From positions 2,256,835-2,320,834 of the forward strand of contig OY820579.1 of assembly GCA_963681965.1 (NCBI GenBank): a DNA stretch of 64,000 nt, read 5' to 3'. Positions within the stretch are counted from its first letter, which is position 1. Each line of letters starts with the position of its first letter. The stretch is from a bacterium (lineage in GTDB: Bacteria; Electryoneota; JAOADG01). Below are positions 59,072 through 64,000 of this stretch, in pieces. Under the pieces are notes generated by a model, which saw only the letters and a list, made by a program, of their open reading frames with translations, was not told where the DNA came from and did not search any database. A program made the position numbers and the translations under genes.

Positions 59072-59830
59072 TTCATGATATGAAGTAGTAGGGGCGGTTC
59101 TCTGCGACCGCCCTTTTTTTATTTCGTAGGGGCGAACCACGAAGTGCTTGCCGAAGGCAAACGATAAAAAGATACAAGATCGGGGGCATGCGGGGATGCC
59201 CCCCTACTAAAAAAGAAAGAGTCGGAATAAATTCCGACTCACGGAAAAGATGGGTGATGGGGGATAGGTGTCGGGTGATGGGAAAAGATAAAAACAGATA
59301 CAAGAACGGGCGGTTCTCTGCGACCGCCATTTTTTTTATTTCGTAGGGGCGAACCACGAAGTGCTCGCCGAAGGCAACCGATAAAAAGATACAAGATCGG
59401 GGGCATGCGGGGATGCCCCCCTACTAAAAAAGAAAGAGTCGGAATAAATTCCGCCCCACGGAAAAGATGGGTGATGGGGGATAGGTGTCGGGTGATGGGA
59501 AAAGATAATAACAGATACAAGAACGGGCGGTTCTCTGCGACCGCCATTTTTTTTATTTCGTAGGGGCGAACCACGAAGTGCTCACCGAAGGCAAACGATA
59601 AAAAGATACAAGATCGGGGGCATGCGGGGATGCCCCCCTACTAAAAAAGAAAGAGTCGGAATAAATTCCGACCCACGGAAAAGATGGGTGATGGGGGATA
59701 GGTGTCGGGTGATGGGAAAAGATAAAAACAGATACAAGATCGGGCGGTTCGCGAACCGCCCCTACTAAAAAAATGAGTCGGAATAAATTCCGCCCCACGG
59801 AAAAGAAGATACTCGCCTCTGTGTGGTGCT
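59072..59830. repeat. BIME-like array: ~3 tandem copies of a ~216-bp unit
   Basis: gtaggggcggttctctgcgaccgcc at ~59088, 59308, 59524, each followed by gggggcatgcggggatgcccccctac, gtcggaataaattccgac and a gatgggtgatgggggataggtgtcgggtgatggg tract. Confidence 0.85.
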
Positions 59831-60037
59831 GTTATCGGTGACTTACTAATACTATCTATCTTACCGTCGTCAATATCGATGAAATAAAAACTTACCTGTA
59901 TTTTACCGGTTTATTCGAAATAATTGCCCCTAGTTAGGGTAATTGAACCTCCGACTTTTTTATAAAACGGATCATTTTGATTGCTGGTTATTCAATTCCG
60001 GTACATATTACCGCTAATCAGACTTGTCGGAGCTTCT

Positions 60038-62191
60038 ATGAACCCCTCGTTCACTCGCAATTGGTTTGTCATTATCCTGCTTTCCCTTTCCTTTTTTACT
60101 CTCTCATTTGCACAATCGTGGATTTGGCAGAATCCGCTACCAAGCGGCAATTGTCTGCATACGGTGAAGTTCTTTGCTTCCGGTCAGGGTTGGGTTGCCG
60201 GATTGTACGGCACGATCGCTCATACCACCGATGGCGGTTTGACTTGGACCATGCAAACGAGCGGAACCAGCCAAGGACTCAACTATCTGACCATGGTGAA
60301 TGAACGCCACGGTTGGATTGTCGGTGACTCGATTCTGTTGCATACCGCCGATGGTGGCAATCATTGGGAAACAGTCACAGTCGCACCCGGATTTACAGCG
60401 AAATCGGTCGCCTTTGCCGACAGCAGTTTCGGCTGGGTGGTGGGTAACAGCGGACAAATCTACTGCACTGCCGATGGTGGTTCGACCTGGAGTCTTCAAA
60501 CCAGCAATAGTACCGCGCAACTCTATTTTGTAAGATGTATCGATCGCTCGCACTGTTGGATCGCCGGCGGTACGGCACTACTTCGCACGGTAAATGGTGG
60601 TGAGACGTGGACAACAACAACCGGCACCCGCACCCCGAGTCGATTCACATTCCTGAATGCCGATACCGGTTGGGGCGTTGGCGCGGAAAATGAGGGTGGT
60701 TATATCTGTCTGCGCACCGTCAATGGCGGTGTTTCCTGGACGACCAACAACGGTGGTTGGTTTGCGCTCGCGAGTATCGATTTCACCGATGCGCACAACG
60801 GGTGGGTAGTCGGTGAAGCCGGTATCATCCATCATTCCACCGACGGTGGTCAATCCTGGCAGAGTCAGTCGAGTGGTGTTACGAACGGTGTCGGATTAAC
60901 CGATGTCAGTTTTGTCGATTCATTGCACGGCTGGGCAACCGGTCACTATGGAATTTTGTTGCACACTATCGATGGCGGAGCGACCTGGGGACCGATGGTT
61001 CCCAGTTTTACCGGTACACTGAACGATGTCTGTTTTGTCGATTCCAGTAACGGTTGGGCGGTCGGAACCAACAACTCAGGCACTGCGCAATGTGCAATTC
61101 TGCATACCGCGAATGGCGGCACCAGTTGGGAGCGACAGACCGGCGGCGGCACCATGACTGGAAAAGGGGTTGCATTCATCAATCCCGATACCGGATGGGT
61201 GGTCGGTGATCACGGCGTCTATAAAACAATCAACGGCGGCGGCGATTGGGTACTTCAGACCGATCTTCAGGCGCTCAACTACAACCACATTTTCTTTTTG
61301 AATGAGCGCCATGGCTGGATGGTGGGACTGAATGGTCGGATCATGCATACCAGCGACGGTGGTGCCTCATGGTTTCTCCAGACCAATAATTATACCGGGA
61401 GTATCGATCGGATTGAATTCGCCGATTCGGTCAATGGCTGGCTGGCAGGATATGACAGCGGGAGCCGGAATTATTATTTGTATCATACCACGACTGGAGG
61501 TACTAATTGGTCGCTGCAGCATACCGGTACCGGATTCGCCGTATACGATTTTGCGGTGATCAGTCCGAGTGAGTGTTGGGTTGCCGGCGGTTCGGTCAAT
61601 ACGACGCCGCAGCATCCATTGTTGTTACACACGCTCGATGGCGGTGCGAATTGGAACGATGTGTCACCCAATGTTTCTTACGAATTGCATGGCTTGGTCT
61701 GGTTCGACAGCAACCACGGCACGATCTGCGGCAGTAACGGCATGATCCTGACGACTACCGACGGTGGAACAATGTGGTCGAGAACTGTCGTGACAAATCA
61801 GAGCTTTACCACCATTTGCGCGACCGATCGCAATCATTCTTGGGTTGTTGGATTGAGCGGTACGATTCTCTTTTCCGGTCGCACGTCGATGTCGGATGTG
61901 ACGGAACCGGTGACCAGCAAATTGCCAAAGGAATTTGTGCTGCATCCGAATTACCCTAATCCATTTAATAGCTCGACGACGATTTCGTATTCATTGCCGA
62001 TTTCGGGAAATGTCGACTTGAAGATTTTCGATCTGCAGGGGCGGGAAGTCCAGTCGGTATATTCGGGATCTACCCATGCGGGAAGTTATCGTGCCAGTTT
62101 CGATGGGAAGGGGTTGGCATCGGGGACGTATTTTGTCCGGTTGCAGATGGGTGAGGCGGTTCGGATTCAGAAAATTGTTTTATTAAAGTAG
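60038..62191 (+). CDS. BNR/Ycf48-like repeat protein with T9SS C-terminal sorting domain
   Basis: Signal peptide; many TxDGGxxW / TxNGGxxW repeats; C-terminal YPNPFNSSTTISYSLP...GTYFVRLQ...QKIVLLK. Confidence 0.7.
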   Translation: MNPSFTRNWFVIILLSLSFFTLSFAQSWIWQNPLPSGNCLHTVKFFASGQGWVAGLYGTIAHTTDGGLTWTMQTSGTSQGLNYLTMVNERHGWIVGDSILLHTADGGNHWETVTVAPGFTAKSVAFADSSFGWVVGNSGQIYCTADGGSTWSLQTSNSTAQLYFVRCIDRSHCWIAGGTALLRTVNGGETWTTTTGTRTPSRFTFLNADTGWGVGAENEGGYICLRTVNGGVSWTTNNGGWFALASIDFTDAHNGWVVGEAGIIHHSTDGGQSWQSQSSGVTNGVGLTDVSFVDSLHGWATGHYGILLHTIDGGATWGPMVPSFTGTLNDVCFVDSSNGWAVGTNNSGTAQCAILHTANGGTSWERQTGGGTMTGKGVAFINPDTGWVVGDHGVYKTINGGGDWVLQTDLQALNYNHIFFLNERHGWMVGLNGRIMHTSDGGASWFLQTNNYTGSIDRIEFADSVNGWLAGYDSGSRNYYLYHTTTGGTNWSLQHTGTGFAVYDFAVISPSECWVAGGSVNTTPQHPLLLHTLDGGANWNDVSPNVSYELHGLVWFDSNHGTICGSNGMILTTTDGGTMWSRTVVTNQSFTTICATDRNHSWVVGLSGTILFSGRTSMSDVTEPVTSKLPKEFVLHPNYPNPFNSSTTISYSLPISGNVDLKIFDLQGREVQSVYSGSTHAGSYRASFDGKGLASGTYFVRLQMGEAVRIQKIVLLK

Positions 62192-62300
62192 GCGCGACCC
62201 TCCGCGGTCGCCCGCATCTTTTTTGGACACAAGAGGAGTCGGAATAAATTCCGACCTACGGAAAAGATGGGTGATGGGTTGTAGATGACGGGATTAGTAG
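62192..62300. repeat. REP-like hairpins
   Basis: ggcgcgaccctccgcggtcgccc, gtcggaataaattccgac, gatgggtgatgggttgtagatgacggg. Confidence 0.7.
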
Positions 62301-62327
62301 GATTGCAATGACGAAGGAGGATCGATT

Positions 62328-63734
62328 ATGAACACAGGCAACAGCAGTTACTTTCGAAACATAGTGACGATTGTGGGTATTCTTGTTTTTGCGACAATCG
62401 GCTTTGCGCAATCGACGTATATTCACACCATACCCCACAATGATTTTTCCGAATGTTCCGATGTGGTTGAAACACCGGACGGCGGCTACTTCTTGCTCTG
62501 CATCATGCAGAATGGAATTGAGAACAATCTGATTTTGCACCGGATCAATTCAGATGGTGAATTGGTATCGACCCACAATTACGGAATCACCGCAGTTGGA
62601 GAATTGTACCGGCAGCGGATTATCTCCGCGAATGATGGGAATTATCTCATAGCCTCGACCTATCGTGGTGAGAGTGGTTGGCTGTTGAAAATCGATTCCT
62701 CGGGGGATACGCTTTGGACCTATCGACCAACTGACAACAACTGGAGCTTTAGCGATCTCTATCAGACGTCCGATGGATCCATTTATATCGTCGGTGGCGG
62801 AAACGGGCGACTGCAACTGCTCAAATTCAGTGCCGCCGGTACACAGCTTTGGTTCCAGACTTATCCCGGAATCAGTCACGGCGGAGGTAGTATTATTCCA
62901 GCAGTCGACAGCGGTTTTGTCATTTCCTCGTGTGTCGAGACTTCCAACTATTACGACATTAGTGTCAAGAAGGTCGATACGGCGGGAATCCAGCAATGGA
63001 CAACGATCTTTGGCGATGGAAACGATCAGATCCCAACTTTTATCAAATCCGATGCGGGGTATGTGGTTGGCGGGTATAATGGTGGCGAATCGTGGAGCGG
63101 CGATAATTTTCGACTGCGTTTAAATTCCGCCGGGGATACTGTATCCTGCCAGCATTGGCAAAATTCGTTTTATCCGGCTTGCACTACACCGCTAAGCGAC
63201 GGCGGTTATATCTATGGCGTTTCCGGTACCGGATCGTTTGGACTAAGTAAATTCGGAGCCAATCAGAATATTCTTTGGGAACGAACCTTTTCGATCGGTA
63301 CCAACAATTATTATTTTCCGCAATTCATCGAAGAGGCATCCGATCATAGTTTGATCGTCACCGGTGTGGTGGTGTATCCCGGTGGAGATCGACACGATAT
63401 ACTGATTGCCCGGACCGACTCGCTCGGTTTGATCGGACAGGCTGTTGTTGGCAAAGACATTTCACTTCCGGTTTCGGTTGCGATGCTGTCAAGTTATCCC
63501 AATCCATTCAATAATGTGACCACAATTTCGTATTCGCTGCCGTCATCCGGGAATGTCGAACTCAAGATTCTCGATCTGCAGGGGCGGGAAGTGCAGTTGG
63601 TATATTCGGGATCTACGCATGCGGGAAGTTATCGTGCCCGTTTCGATGGGAAAGGATTGGCATCGGGAACGTATTTTGTCCGGTTGCAGATTGGTGAGGC
63701 GGTTCGGATGCAGAAAATTGTTCTGTTAAAGTAG
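62328..63734 (+). CDS. Secreted protein (possible beta-propeller) with T9SS C-terminal sorting domain
   Basis: Signal peptide; C-terminal YPNPFNNVTTISYSLPSSGNVELKILDLQGREV...GTYFVRLQIGEAVRMQKIVLLK, nearly identical to the CTD of 60038-62191. Confidence 0.6.
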   Translation: MNTGNSSYFRNIVTIVGILVFATIGFAQSTYIHTIPHNDFSECSDVVETPDGGYFLLCIMQNGIENNLILHRINSDGELVSTHNYGITAVGELYRQRIISANDGNYLIASTYRGESGWLLKIDSSGDTLWTYRPTDNNWSFSDLYQTSDGSIYIVGGGNGRLQLLKFSAAGTQLWFQTYPGISHGGGSIIPAVDSGFVISSCVETSNYYDISVKKVDTAGIQQWTTIFGDGNDQIPTFIKSDAGYVVGGYNGGESWSGDNFRLRLNSAGDTVSCQHWQNSFYPACTTPLSDGGYIYGVSGTGSFGLSKFGANQNILWERTFSIGTNNYYFPQFIEEASDHSLIVTGVVVYPGGDRHDILIARTDSLGLIGQAVVGKDISLPVSVAMLSSYPNPFNNVTTISYSLPSSGNVELKILDLQGREVQLVYSGSTHAGSYRARFDGKGLASGTYFVRLQIGEAVRMQKIVLLK

Positions 63735-64000
63735 GGACGAACTTCAGCGGTCACCCGCTCTTACTAATAAAGAAGGAGTCGGAATAAATTCCGACCTACG
63801 GAAAAGATGGGTGATGGGGGGTAGGTGTTGGGTGGTGGGAGAAGATAAAAAAGACACAAGAACGGGGGCATGCGGGGATGCCCCCCTACTAAAAAACAGG
63901 ATGCAAGATAAATAAAGATGTAAGAATGGGTGAATGCGTTGGAATGCCTGTACCCCTTCTTTTCACCATGAACTATGCACCAGCAACCAAGCACCCATTT
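63735..64000. repeat. REP-like hairpin cluster
   Basis: gtcggaataaattccgac, gatgggtgatggggggtaggtgttgggtggtggg, gggggcatgcggggatgcccccctac. Confidence 0.7.

Overview
About 52% GC bacterial chromosomal window, probably from an FCB-group-like lineage (several cargo proteins carry a type-IX-secretion C-terminal sorting domain). Gene content: the distal half of a complex I operon (nuoG-like Fe-S protein, nuoH-I-J-K-L-M-N); secreted beta-helix, peptidase C25-like and BNR/Ycf48-like T9SS cargo proteins; a large multidomain glycosyltransferase; UDP-glucuronate decarboxylase; YhhQ transporter; tnaA, coaD, tig, tadA and a tRNA-Leu(UAG); and an arsR-hgcA-hgcB mercury-methylation cluster. Two things stand out. 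(1) Nearly every intergenic region is packed with GC-rich palindromic hairpin repeats with GTAG...CTAC heads (REP/BIME-like), arranged as mosaics and tandem arrays, even between nuo cistrons. (2) A roughly 3.3-kb AT-rich insertion at the 3' end of tnaA, flanked by ~66-bp direct repeats that both encode the tnaA C-terminus, carries four co-oriented genes: a GlnD/GlnE-like nucleotidyltransferase, two paralogous membrane proteins and a RelA/SpoT-like protein. This is my best candidate for an undescribed toxin or defence module. All calls are from reading the sequence and ORF track by eye; no searches were run. CDS coordinates follow the ORF track (stop included), with starts moved to the first plausible Met after repeat sequence. 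Repeat and regulatory coordinates are approximate to a few bp.
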